A stretch of DNA of 64,000 bases from Azolla caroliniana (taxonomy: Eukaryota > Plantae > Polypodiophyta). The DNA is taken from positions 4,278,001-4,342,000 of the forward strand of contig JBHGNT010000001.1 in the NCBI GenBank assembly GCA_043228905.1. The letters are read 5' to 3'. Below, in pieces: positions 37,820 through 50,374 of this stretch. The notes under the pieces are model-generated. The model searched no databases. It was not told the DNA's origin and saw nothing but the letters and a program-made list of their open reading frames with translations. Each line of letters begins with the position of its first letter. Position 1 is the stretch's first letter. Position numbers and translations under genes: made by a program.

Positions 37820-38530
37820 TTACAGTACCAATCTTCGCTGATCCATGCTCAACATATCTTGTAATAGATGCATTTCACAAGAGAACATGTTTTTTTGCAA
37901 GAATATCATTTACATCTCGAACTGAAATATCATCGACTGTTTTTTGTGTTTTTTTCCAGATTGGCACATATAGCATACGTATCCAACAAAGCATTGCCAA
38001 GCTCAATACTGTCTTTTAACAGCCTCTTACCGATAATTTCAATGTGATTTTCTATGCATGTCAATCACTCTTTCACTGCCACCTTGGCAAACTTCTCAAG
38101 GCCAAAATCAGTGCATCCCACACATCCTTGTATCTCGAAATCAAAGTTGAAAATATTTCTTATACCTCACCAAGTAAACCACAAAAAAAATCTCTGTTGA
38201 GCCATGATCCACCTATCCACCTATAGCATATATCCAACAAAGCCTTTCCAAGCTCAATATTGTCTTCTAGCAGCCTGTTATTGATGATTCCATTGCGAGT
38301 TTCTGTGCCTATTAACATTCCTACAGTGCCACCTGTTGGTAATATCCTGAAATTAGTGCATTTTTAGAAACCATAACCTGAACCGGAAGTCCCGCTTTCC
38401 TCATAGGTAAAGCACACAAGATGAGGGTCATAAGGCGGCCTTCTAGCGTCTTCCATTACTTTGTCTCCACAGAAAGAAGTTGCATCGTGAAACACCATCC
38501 TTCTTCAACCTGCTCATAGTTAGCTATACG
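37820..38530 (-). pseudogene. Decayed PLS-class PPR gene fragment
   Basis: Minus strand: NALISGY; LLEDNIELGKALLD; DVWDALI; HIEIIGKRLLKDSIELGNALLDTYAICANLEK..DDISVRDV; NASITRYVEHG. Many stops and indels; may extend toward ~37400. Confidence 0.7.
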
Positions 38531-38545
38531 TACAACGTGCTACAA

Positions 38546-39880
38546 TTGTCTCCACTCATCCTCCCCAGAAAAGAAAAAAAGAAAACCACTCCCCAAATTT
38601 GAAAAGTAAATGAAACATAATCTATCCTCCTTGTCACTCCCTAGAACTGCTTCAACATCCTTTAACATCATCCATCTCTGCCCCATAGTAAAAAGATTTA
38701 CTCATAAGGATGGCTTCCCCAAGCAAAGCCAAACCACTCTTGTAATTTCCACTTTCAATGTACACAAAGTAGCTACATCTTGAGACAATCTTCTATTTTT
38801 CACATTTAACCTACTCATAAATGGCAAAACATAAGGCATGGTACCAAATGTATACATCCTAGTACAATACCTTTTGACAATTTGTCTCCACTCATCCTCC
38901 CTAGAAAAATGAGAAAACCAGTCCCCAACTTTGAAAAGTCATTGAAACATAATCTAGCCTCCTGTCACTCCCTAGAACTACTTCAACATCCTTTGACATC
39001 ATCCATCTTTGTCAAAAACACGAAGCAAAAAGATTTTCCCCCATAAGGATGGCTTCCCCAAGCAAAGCCAAACCACTCTTCTAATTCCACTTTCAACGTA
39101 CACAAAGTAGCTGCATCTTAATGCAGTCTTCTATTTTCCACATTCGACTTGCTCATAGTCAGCAATACATAAAACCTACTATAAATGTATACATCTTAGT
39201 ACAATACCTTTTGACAGTTTGTCTCCACTCATCCTCCCCAGAAAAATGAGAAAACCACTCCCCAAATTTGAAAAGTAATTGACATAATCTAGCCTCTCTG
39301 TCACTCCCTAGGATTGCTTCAACATCCTTTTACATCATCCATCTTTGTCACAAGCAGAAAGCAAAAAGATTTTCCCATGAGGATGGCTTCCCCAAGCAAA
39401 GCCAAACCAGTCTTCTATTTTCCATTTTCAACATACACAAAATAGCTGCATCTTACAATAGTCTTCTATTTTCCCCATTCATACATAAGACCTACAACCA
39501 AATGTATACATCCTAGTACAATACCTTTTGACAATTTGACTCCAATCATCCTTCCTAGAAAAATGAGAAAACCACTCCCCAAATTTGAAAAGTAATTGAA
39601 ACATAATCTAGCCTCCCTGTCACTCCCTAGAACTGCTTCAACATCCTTTAACATCATCCATCTTTGTCACAAGCACAAAGCAAAAAAAAAAAAAAAACCC
39701 CATAAGGATGATTTCCCCGAGCAAAACCAAACCACTCTTCTATTCTCCACCTTCAACCTACTCACATTCAAACCTAATGCCAAATGTATACCTCCTAGTA
39801 CAACACCTTTTAAGAATTTGTCTCCACTCATCCTCAGAAAAATGAGAAAATCACTCCCCAAATTTGAAAAATAAATGAAC
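38546..39880. repeat. Tandem array, about 4 units of 280-340 bp
   Basis: ttgtctccactcatcctccc...aaaaccactccccaaatttgaaaag recurs at ~38546, 38882, 39219, 39535 and 39818. Confidence 0.9.
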
Positions 39881-40074
39881 CCCACCATTGAATAGTTATA
39901 GTAAATGCTTCATCCAACACCCTCCATCAACTATAGAAGAAAATGTATCAACTAATACGAAATAAGTTATAATAAAGAATATTTAACATAAACCTCCATG
40001 TCACTCCATAGAAATGCTTCATTACATCCACTCACTATCCATTCTAATAGTACTAATAAATACTTCATCCACGC

Positions 40075-41200
40075 TCACCATTTGTCCATGGTACCTGTCC
40101 AATGACACTGCTTCATAGTCCATCGAGGAAACAACCATCGTGGTGGCACATAATTCCAATAGTTTTCATATGTCACATCCATCCATAGAGGTATTGGCCA
40201 CCATGTCTGATGAATTTTTCTTCTTTTCTTATGCACCTTTTCTGCTGGTCCTTTAATATTATCGTACTCTCCCTTAACTGTGTGTACCAAGTTGTCCCAG
40301 AACATCTTTATCATATCCACCACATTATACTCGATACCTTCATATTTCTTGCTGCATCGACACTTCCACCACACCCATAAAGCATTAATCGAGACAATAT
40401 TCCAAACAAAAGACTTTTTAAAATATTTACCACCCGAACTATTTGGGAGAACTGCTTCAATTCTATTCTCCAACACACGCAATGCTTCCACACATTACTC
40501 CCCCTCGTACATGGATACTTGGACATCCAAAGACCCCCAAAGACCCCAAAGAACAGCTCCCCATGTAAAAATTGCTCCTCTATATTTACAAGAAAACATC
40601 CTTAGTATTCTTCCCCAATATTTTTGAGCTGCAATACAAGTCCAAAACAAATGTTTCAAAGTCTCCTCATGTAATTGGCAACACACACAATAACAATCCT
40701 GAACCTGTCCTTTTAGATGACAACCTATAGGTAAAGCATAATGAAGTAATAACCACTTAAAAGAAATGGCTGTCCGCAGACATGGTAAATTCCATAAACT
40801 CTTCAAGTAAGCTGCAAAATATTGAGGCGATATTGCACCTGACTCCCAATACTTTTGTGCAGCAGGACTTATGGAATGGCGTTGCAACAAGGAGCGTCTC
40901 CCATAGGCCACAAAATACTGAAAAAAAGGAGAGTCCTACTTTCTTGTTCATTTGTCGAGGCCCTTCCAACCAACCGCCATGCGTAATTAACCGGGTCCCA
41001 ATTAAGGTGTTCCACCGACTTACTTTGAAATGACCACAGTTGTCATGCGTGGTCTGCCAAAAAAGGGTTAGGATCTAGGAAAATCTTCTTCTCTAACCTA
41101 GCAATGACCCTAACGGGTTTTTGGGAGGCTAGTTGCATAACTTCAGCTTCAGAGACATGGAGTTGTTATAGTTGTATCCATCATGTTCGAGTCTATTTCT
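40075..41200 (-). mobile_element. Degenerate L1-like LINE 3' fragment (zf-RVT)
   Basis: FKWLLLHYALPIG..CVCCQLHEETLKHLFWTC; ALWVWWKCRC; WNYVPPRWLFP; PVRVIARLEKKIFLDP. No TSD found. Confidence 0.85.
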
Positions 41201-41544
41201 CATATGCTATAGAAAAGGTAATTGGTATCGTGAATCTTCCGGTCAATAACATCGTTACTTTGAAGATCAATGAAATTAATATTGTTGGAAATAGAAAGAG
41301 AGTTAAGATGAGAGAATTGTTTTAAGTCATCAAGGATGTAATTTCATGTTCCAAATTGGGAGTTTGTTCAATGATGGATTTGTTAGGTGTACTGTTTGAG
41401 CAAGTGCCAACTACCCTCACATTTGTGGACAATGTAAACATTGGATATGATTGATGGGTTAAAAACATTGGTCTTAACAACCTATTGCGCACAAACCAAC
41501 CTTACAAAATGTTTTAGAGATAGTTGCAAACACATTCTTTGCTA

Positions 41545-41825
41545 GACATTTCTTTGGAGCTATGCGGTGCACAAGATAAGCTCGATCTTTTTCAAATGGT
41601 ATTCTATATAAAAAAACAAGGAAACATGGATTTTCTTATCATAGAAAGGAGTGTTTCTATTAGCATTTGCATGTTTTGAAGGAACAATGTTTGTTTTAAG
41701 CTCAATATATAGAATAAGGGTTAGTCAACAGAAAGAAGGCTATATATATTCTTAAGTACTAGGACTCTCAAGATGAAGGTCTGTGGGTATGCTTTTTTAG
41801 GGCTTTCTTAGAAATGCAATGCAGA
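41545..41825 (+). pseudogene. Relic of a second Ppx/GppA copy (end of the 35273-35377 exon and the following intron), left part
   Basis: gacatttctttggagctatgcggtgcacaagataagctcgatctttttcaaatggtattctatataaaaa aligns to 35324-35395; the intron motif ggactct..agatgaaggt...aaatgcaatgc also matches. Confidence 0.75.
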
Positions 41826-43299
41826 TTTCTTCTCTCACTATGCTAGAGATTGTGTGGAGATAGAAATTTCAATCTATCCGACTTGAGAATTTTACATGTA
41901 TTGAATCTTGATAATGAGGTTTTAATGTTGTGTTTTATTTTATTTACTTTTTTATTTAGTTACATTTATTTAGGTTTATTCTCAATGACGAGACAACATT
42001 TTAAGGTGTAATATCTAGTTTGGTCTTTTTTTTTTCCATAAAGATTTCCTTCATTAGTATTAAGAAAAAATGCTGTAAGGCTACAAACTGTACAATTAGA
42101 GAGTGTTATATACAAAAAGGATAATTAGGGGAAGGGCCAGGGATGATGATATTTCTAGATAGGACTATGAATAGAGGCAACTTTCTCCATAACTGCAGTA
42201 ATTTTTTCCTTTTCTTAAGAACAACCTCTAAAGGGCCCGACATATTGTCATATTGCCCACGCACTACCGCCAATAAGTTGTCCATAATTCTAGCAATATA
42301 TCTGAGAGAAGGGGAATTATAGAATCATATCGTCTTTTACATCGACACTTCCATAAGGTCCATAATGTAACCATGGATAATGTTTTCCATACATGGGCTG
42401 CATGCATTTGCTTTCGAGGTTGCTGAAAAGGGGAGACAGATATTAGATGCCTGTTGACGACTGTCTTAGCCTCTAGAGCATCATCTGCCTCATACAATAA
42501 GAGATTGGAATGGAGAACCCCCCATACCGTTGATCCCCAGGAGAATAGGCAACCTACATTAATTGTTAGGAATAAAGAAAGAACTTTATTCTATACCTGT
42601 TGGGCTATTGAATAAGACAAGAGAGCATGCTTGGTAGTTTCTTGCAAGTCACCACAATAACTACATTGTCTAAGAATGGGTGCCACGTTTCCTTTCAAAG
42701 ACTAACCTACTGGTAGTGTTGCATGTAGTAAAAGCCATCTAAAGAGAGTGTATTTTGTTGGTCCCCTAAAAGACCAAATCCATTTCCAATAAGCCTTCAA
42801 GTGATTGCTTGATACATCCCACTTATTCCAGTGCTTTTGAGCCGTAGGAGTTGGAATATTCTTAGACATGAGTAAGGTTCTTCCAAATTTCACAGTATAT
42901 TGAAAGAACAAATTTTTTTGCATTGGATCCATCATGGGACTAGTCCAAGACCATCCCCCTGGGTCCACATTAGCCTATTAATTAGCTGTCGTGCATGCAT
43001 ATCCGACAAATGGGCTATTGACGGTTGTGGATCCAAGAGCCATTTCTTACCAGTTTTGGCAATCACCCTAACTGGAACAACAAGTAGGTTTTGCAGCAAA
43101 TTATCAGAGGGTGTATAAGGTTGCAATTTATCTTGTTGAATATGGAAATAAAAAATACACTCATATGTAGAAATTCCTTTAACAAAGAGCATCATGCCAT
43201 TCGTCAGGCAACCAAACCACATATGCTCTTGCATTAGCTGAAGTCATGATGAGGCCTGAGAGAAGGCTGCTGAAATATCCATTGTCATTGTCTTCGCCC

Positions 43300-46200
43300 T
43301 GTCATGACGACATACATTTTGGTCTTACAAGGATTGGAGCCCAAGACGTCTTGGGCTATATGTTAGACCTTAACCATTATACTAACATATATGATGTATA
43401 GTTATAATAAATGTATTATTAGTTATTACAAGATATCTAGAGTATTCCAGAACATTCTAGGATATTCCATGATTATATTAAATATCATAAATATCTAAAA
43501 TATTCTAGAACATTCTAGAATACTCCATAAGGACCTATAAATAGGTGTCTATTCATTCATCACAACTCATTCGGTTCAACACCAGTTTGTAGCCCCTTAG
43601 CCTACTCTTTGTAATCCTTGCTCTCTTATAATATGAACTCTCTTTCCATTTCTAGTGTTCTTTCTCTCTCTCTCTCCCTCTACCTTCTATTGATATCTTA
43701 TTTTTCTCTTTCCTATTCTCAAGTCACGACAGTTCGAACCAAATCTATCTCTTTTCTTCTTCTCCAACTTCTTCTTCTTATCTTAAGCTTATTCAAGCAA
43801 ATCTAGCAATTTTCTATCGCAACTATGGAGTCCGTCAGCAAGCAAGAATATATGCGTGTTCTCTCTGAGCTCGAAATGCTAACAACCAAATTCGTGGCAC
43901 TAGAGCATGAAAATCAAAGATTGTTGGGAGACCTACAACAAGTAAGTGTTGAGAAAGTACAACAATATGAAGAATTATCTCAACGGGTGCATCAATGGGA
44001 GACTACTCTATTGCAATGACAAGCGGCGGAAGTTCAAACCTCGCCGAAGGAACCCAAGATTAGTCTGCCGGCCAAGTTTGATGGTACAAGGTCTCAATTT
44101 TGTGGATTTTTAAATCAGGTACGACTTTTGATTAAATTGCATCCTAGCCGTTACCCAACTGATGTTGCTCGTGTGGATCTAGTTGGTACCTTGTTAACGG
44201 GTACCGCATTAGCGTGGTTTGCACCACTCCTAGAGAAGCACTCACCATTATTAGAAGATTTTGAAGGGTTTATTAATGAGTTCCAAGCCAACTTTGGAGA
44301 CACTTATAGTATGAGGACTGCAATAAACAAAATTCGGCGATTACGACAAGGAGATCGTCAAGCTTCCGCTTATGTTGTAGATTTTTGCCTTCTAGCATGT
44401 GATATTCCATGGGACGAGGTGGCCGTAATGGACCAATTTCGTCAAGGTCTGCGCAATGATGTGAAGGATTTACTTCTTACCTTCCATGATGATCCAAAAT
44501 CTCTTACTGAAGCAATAAGCCGGGCCGTGCGATGTGACAATCGCTTATTTGAGCAGTGTTTTGAGCGCCAAGAAATGTTACGCTTCCGACAAACAGAAAC
44601 ATATGGAGACACTTATAGTATGAGGACTGCAATAAACAAAATTCGGCGATTACGACAAGGAGATCGTCAAGCTTCCGCTTATGCTGTAGATTTTTGCCTT
44701 CTAGCATGTGATATTCCATGGGACGAGGTGGCCTTAATGGACCAATTTCGTCAAGGTCTGCGCAATGATGTGAAGGATTTACTTCTTACCTTCCATGATG
44801 ATCCAAAATCTCTTACTGAAGCAATAAGCTGGGCCGTGCGATGTGACAATCGCTTATTTGAGCAGTGTTTTGAGCGCCAAGAAATGTTACGCTTCCGACA
44901 AACAGAAACATATGCTTCGGTGGTTGCAACGCCACCCCAAGTATCAAAGTCAAGTGTGGTGGAAGGCCCTACTCCAATGGAAATCGAGACAACACGACAT
45001 CGAGGACCATTATCGGATGCTGAAAAGCAACGATAGCGAGCGAATCGTCTATGCCTCTATTATGGTGGTCCAGGGCATATTACTGTGAATTGTCCACATA
45101 AACCACGACGACAAGTTAACCAAGTAAGTGCTCATGACAATCCCATCTCAATTTCTGCCCCGCCTTCTCGTAACCCAAGTAGGCCTAGTAGTCCCTGTCT
45201 TAAAAATACATTTGATGTCTTGAGCCAATTAGATGATGTGTTAAACGAGTAAGTCCGGCCAAAATCGGAGCCATTTGGTTGGACAGCCCTAGGCATGTAA
45301 CGCCTGTCCCTAGTTGTGGTTCCATTTCATCCGGTCACGTTAGTCGAGTTTTCTCTGCACAAGTTGAGCTTAACACATCTAGGTGCCATCGAGTCCCAGC
45401 TTCTGCCCTCTTAGACTCTGGAGCCAACTCTTGTTTCATGGATCGTGAGTTTGCTGTAATGCATAATATTCAGTTGCATAAGCTCCCAAGCCCAATGTCA
45501 GTCGGAGTCATTGATGGACGCCCCATAGCATCAAGTGATATAGTTGAAGAGTCTGAACCAATTCATGTAGTCCTAGGCAATTTGGCTAGTGTCATCTCAT
45601 TCAACATCATTTGTAGTTCAGAGCAAGTCTCCCTAGTTCTTGGTCTTCCATGGTTTGAGCTACATAACCCAACTATCGATTGGAGAAAAAGAACCATTGA
45701 AGAGGTCACAATACAGTCTGAGCCCTTAAAACTCCAACAAAGGATATGGCATTCCAAAAAATTTCGACAATCTCTATACATCAATTACGTGAGGAAGGAC
45801 GGAAGGAAGACATGTTGGTGTTTGCAGTTTTAGCAACTCCCACATCGAGCTCACAAGAATCGGCGGTCCAACTACCGAAGAAATATATAGAATTCTCCAA
45901 TGTTTTTGATAAGGTGAAGGCCAATAGATTACCAGAGCATCGACCATATGATTGCCCGATTGATTTGTAGCCCGGAAAAGAGCCTCCATAGGGGCCAATT
46001 TATAACCTTTCAACCACGGAGTTAGAGGTTCTTCGAGAATATATCGATGAGAACTTGGCGAATGGGTTTATCCAGCATTCAAGATCTCCTGCTGACGCAC
46101 CCATATTTTTCGTTAAGAAGAAAGATGGTTCGCTTCGTCTGGTCGTGGATTATCGAGGATTGAATAAAGTAACTATTCGAAACCGATATGCTCTACCATT

Positions 46201-48927
46201 GATTTCGAGCCTTTTGGAACGCCTCAATGGAGCTAAGTATTTCACAAAGTTAGATCTTCGAGGTGCTTACAATCTTGTTCGAATTCGTCCTGAGGATGGA
46301 TGGAAGACTACTTTTCGTACTCATTATGGCCATTTTGAGTATACAATGATGCCATTTGGTCTCACGAATGCACCAACAGTTTTCCAACATATGGCGAATG
46401 ACATTTTTCGAGATTTCCTCGATATTTTCATCATAATTTACCTAGATGATATCTTGATCTACTCAAAAACTCAAGAGGATCATGATATACACATTCGACA
46501 AGCTTTGCAACGGTTGCGTGAATATGGTCTCTATGCAAAATTGGAGAAGTGCAGTTTTGACCAACGTCAAGTGGAATTTTTGGGGTACATAGTCTCTTCA
46601 CATGGCATCTCTATGGATCCAGCAAAGGTTCAAACAATTTTGGATTGGCAAACACCATAGTCTGTGCGAGATGTACAATGTTTTTTAGGGTTCGCAAACT
46701 TTTATTGCAAGTTCATCAAAGATTATTCAAAGATCGTATTGCCCCTCACTCAACTGACATAGAAGAATCAACCATTTATGTGGAGTATAAATGCAAACTC
46801 TTCATTTGAAGGATTAAAGCAAGCATTTACATCCGCACCAATTTTGATGCATGTTGATCCATTGAAGCGCTTTATACTAGAAACTGATGCATTCGACTTT
46901 GCACTAGGAAGCGTATTATCCCAGATTAGCAATGATGGCCAACTGCACCCTGTGGCTTTTCATTCACGGAAATTCGAAGCTGTAGAAATCAACTATAAGA
47001 TTCATGACAAAGAGCTTCTTGCCATTGTGGATTCTTTTCAACAATGGTGTCATTTTTTGGAGGGTTCGTCTCAACAAATCATTGTCTATAATGATCACAA
47101 AAATCTAACGTACTTCCAAAGTGCTCGAGTCTTGAGTCATTGACAAGCTCGTTGAGCGCAGTTTTTAACTCGTTTTGATTTCGTAATTCTATATCATCCT
47201 GGGACGCAACAAGGCAAAGCAGATGCTTTATCTCGGCGTTCATATATGGAACTTTAACCAGGAGAGGCCGCATTTGAAAGTTAGAAGCAAATCCTCTTGG
47301 GTCCTGACTGTCTACGACTAATGGCTTTTCATGCTATAGACACACCCGAGGATTCAAGTATTCTAGACTCCATTCGGGAGCATATTGAGACTGATGAATT
47401 TGCCCAAGATATTCGCCCAAGATATTCTGAATTCGCCCAAGACTTCGCCATTTTGTTATACGATCCAAAAAACCTCGACATCATCCATATGGCTTATTAC
47501 AACCAATGCCTATTCCTGAGAGTCCATGGAAATCTATTTCATTGGACTTCATTACGGATCTACCACCTTCCAAGGGTTTTGATTCTATTCTCACGATAGT
47601 AGATCGTTTTACCAAGATGGCACATTTTCTTCCCTGCACAAAGGCCATTACGAGCCAAGAGACAATTGAGTTACTCATGCGAGATGTGTTTCGGCATCAT
47701 GGTCTTCTTGATGATATTATTAGTGATCGGGGTCCCCAGTTCATCTCAAAATTTTGGCGGCACATGTTCAAACTCTTACATACTTCTTGCAAACTCTCTT
47801 CTAGCTACCATCCAGAAACTAACGGACAGAGTGAGCGCACCAACCAAACAGTAGAACAATATCTTCGTTTTTTTGTCAACTATCAACAAGATGATTGGGT
47901 TGATCTATTACATTTGGCGGAATTTGCTTACAACAACTCAGAACATTCTTCTACTGGATATTCCCCATTTTTTGCAAACATTGGGTACCATCCTTGTTGG
48001 ACTATGCTTGAATATCCTGAACTCCCGACAAACCCGACTGCTGAAGATCGGCTCACCTGACTCCAAGAAGTTCAAGATATCCTTTTGCACCATTTATGTG
48101 ATGCTCAAAACACTCAAAAGAAGGTTGCCGACCGTCATCGACGTGATTCATCGACTACGTTTCAAGTGGGAGATCAAGTATGGCTTTTACAAGGTCGCAT
48201 TAAAACAACCCGACCTTGTTGCAAATTGGATTATCAACGTTTTTGCCCATATGTGATATCTGGTAAGATCAATGATGTGGCATTTCGCCTTGATCTTCCC
48301 CCTCATATGCATCTTCACCCGGTCTTCCATGTTTCACTTTTGGAGTCGTACACAACCAACTCTATTCCAGGCCGTCTTACATCTCCCCCACCTCTAATCG
48401 AAGTTTCGGATGGCTCTGAATATGAAGTTGCTACCATTCTCGACTCCAAGATCGTTCGCAACAAACTGTATTATTTGGTTGACTGGTTAGGTTATACACC
48501 TAATGATTGAACATGGGAACCTCTTGAGAATCTTGCTAATGCCTCCGAACTGATTGCTACGTTTCACAACAAATATCCTCATAAACCAAGTCCGAAATCT
48601 TGCCTTCCGACTCGTATTTCTTGGTCTATATGTTAGACCTTTAACCATTATACTAACATATATGATGTATAGTTATAATAAATGTATTATTAGTTATTAC
48701 AAGATATTTAGAGTATTCTAGAACATTCTAGGATATTCCATGATTATATTAAATATCATAAATATCTAAAATATTCTAGAACATTCTAGAATACTCCATG
48801 AGGACCTATAAATAGGTGTCTATTCATTCATCACAACTCATTCGGTTCAACACCAGTTTGTAGCCCCTTAGCCTACTCTTTGTAATCCTTGCTCTCTTAT
48901 AATATAAACTCTCTTTCCATTTCTAGT

Positions 48928-48967
<40 letters not shown>

Positions 48968-49018
48968 TACCTTCTATTGTCATCTTAGTTTTCTCTCTCC
49001 TATTCTCAAGTCACGACA
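43300..49018 (+). mobile_element. Ty3/gypsy chromovirus (Tcn1/sushi-like), decayed near-full-length copy
   Basis: 5' LTR 43300-43731 (TGTCATGAC...GTCACGACA); 3' LTR ~48619-49018, 5'-truncated; TSD cgccc at 43295-43299 and 49019-49023. Gag (PAKFDG.., degenerate CCHC), PR LLDSGA, RT YLDDIL, RNase H ETDA, IN SLDFIT/SDRGPQF, chromodomain EYEVATILDS..YYLVDWLGY..*TWEP. Numerous premature stops. Confidence 0.95.
44295..44914 (+). repeat. In-frame 309-bp tandem duplication inside gag
   Basis: tggagacacttatagtatgagg at 44295 and 44604; about 3 substitutions between copies. Confidence 0.95.
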
Positions 49019-49578
49019 CGCCCCATATATCGAGTGTAACTGCTTAAGGCGATCCACTTCTGGCATCTGCTGAAAATGAATCCAGGATCCTATTGATGCT
49101 ACTAGCCCATTGTCTAATTTTCCCCATGCAAGACGAGGTCTAAGGCCCAATACATTTCCAGTAGAATCCTGAGCAAGAGAATTAGCCAAAAGCGGTTGAT
49201 TCATCCAACCATCCCATGTGTTAGGCATGTCCTTGTGTAAAAAAATCTTGATTGCATCCCATGCTCTGACGATCCCTAGTAGAAATCTATTGGATGTTAG
49301 ATTCCGTCTCGGTGTCTGAATATCTGTCAAGAACATCCATTTCAAAGACGACAACCAGTTTCCTCCCGTCTTGGGAGATAATTGCATTAGCTAATTAAGC
49401 AACATACCCTTCCATGCCTTTGTCCCTGGCAACAATCCTCTGACTACAAACTTTGTCAAGAGAGCTTGAGATTGTATCAAGGGATCTATTAGAGCCAACC
49501 CTCCCTGACTTTTTGGCCTAATCAAAACATCCCATGCCACCTTGGCCACTACACGAGTTAAATATCTAGTTTGGTCTT

Positions 49579-49770
49579 CTAGGCCTAGATATCAAAAAAG
49601 TTAAATACAAGTTAGAGAGCACAATTAAGCTTGTTAATATATAATATTTTGAATGGTTCAAGAAAGTTTTAAACTTTTTTAAGACTTGTGAATGAACCAA
49701 TCACCTGATCGGTGAGATTTAGTCGCAAACCTTTTCGCCATAGTTAACAAACCAATAACTTGAATGTCAT
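49579..49770 (+). pseudogene. Relic of the second Ppx copy, right part (last intron and 3' flank; last exon missing)
   Basis: ctaggcctagatat...gttagagagcac.attaagc matches 35798-35852; atggtt...gaaagtt...aaca..ccaat.acttga.tg matches ~36160-36255. Confidence 0.6.
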
Positions 49771-50374
49771 GATTTTCGTGAAGGATTTTGAAATATACAA
49801 ATAAGTCTAGTGAGTCATAGTACATACCATGGCTCTCTTCATATCTAACATGAATATGGACTAAACTAAGTACTTCACCTAAAATGATCAAAGCAAATTA
49901 TGGTGTGATTATATTCATGCATTAACTAAGATGGCTAACTTAGAAATAATTGAAAGATGACTTTGATATGCAACTTTTGTTTCAATTTAATGATATTGAA
50001 ACTTGCGTTAAAATGAGTATTCACTCAAGGATCCGACATTTGCGTTAACCCTTTTGAAAAGTTGCTTCATTATTTTCAGACACATACTTGACTTTCAAAC
50101 ACGAGAAGAAAGTTCAATATAAGAAATATCCCATTTAAAACAATGAACTTTTAGTGGCATCAAAATTGTTTTGTGTGTATGCATGCCCGCTTACAGAAAC
50201 GTGCATACACACACAATACTATGTGCTTTACGTTACGAGAAAAGGTTCATTTTAATAGAAAAATTCTCGTGCATTATTGAGTGAATTGGTATTATGGTAT
50301 ATACAACGCACGTCTTCGTGAGAACTTTAATAATACAAACAACTCCTTCACACCTTTTCCCCTCCACTTCAACT

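Larger units (their letters stand above)
42028..49560 (-). mobile_element. 5'-truncated L1-like LINE split by a Ty3/gypsy insertion, 18-bp TSD
   Basis: TSD aatatctagtttggtctt at 42010-42027 and 49561-49578; poly(T) at the left end; ORF2 reads HSIYGA|KTMTMDIS across the gypsy insertion; GGLALIDP near the 5' end; FRWLLLHATLPVG, TLWTLWKCRC. Confidence 0.9.

Noticed and set aside
38546-39880. CRISPR-like or coding repeat array
   Set aside because: Whole units are homologous (no unique spacers), frames are broken, and the context is eukaryotic with no cas genes
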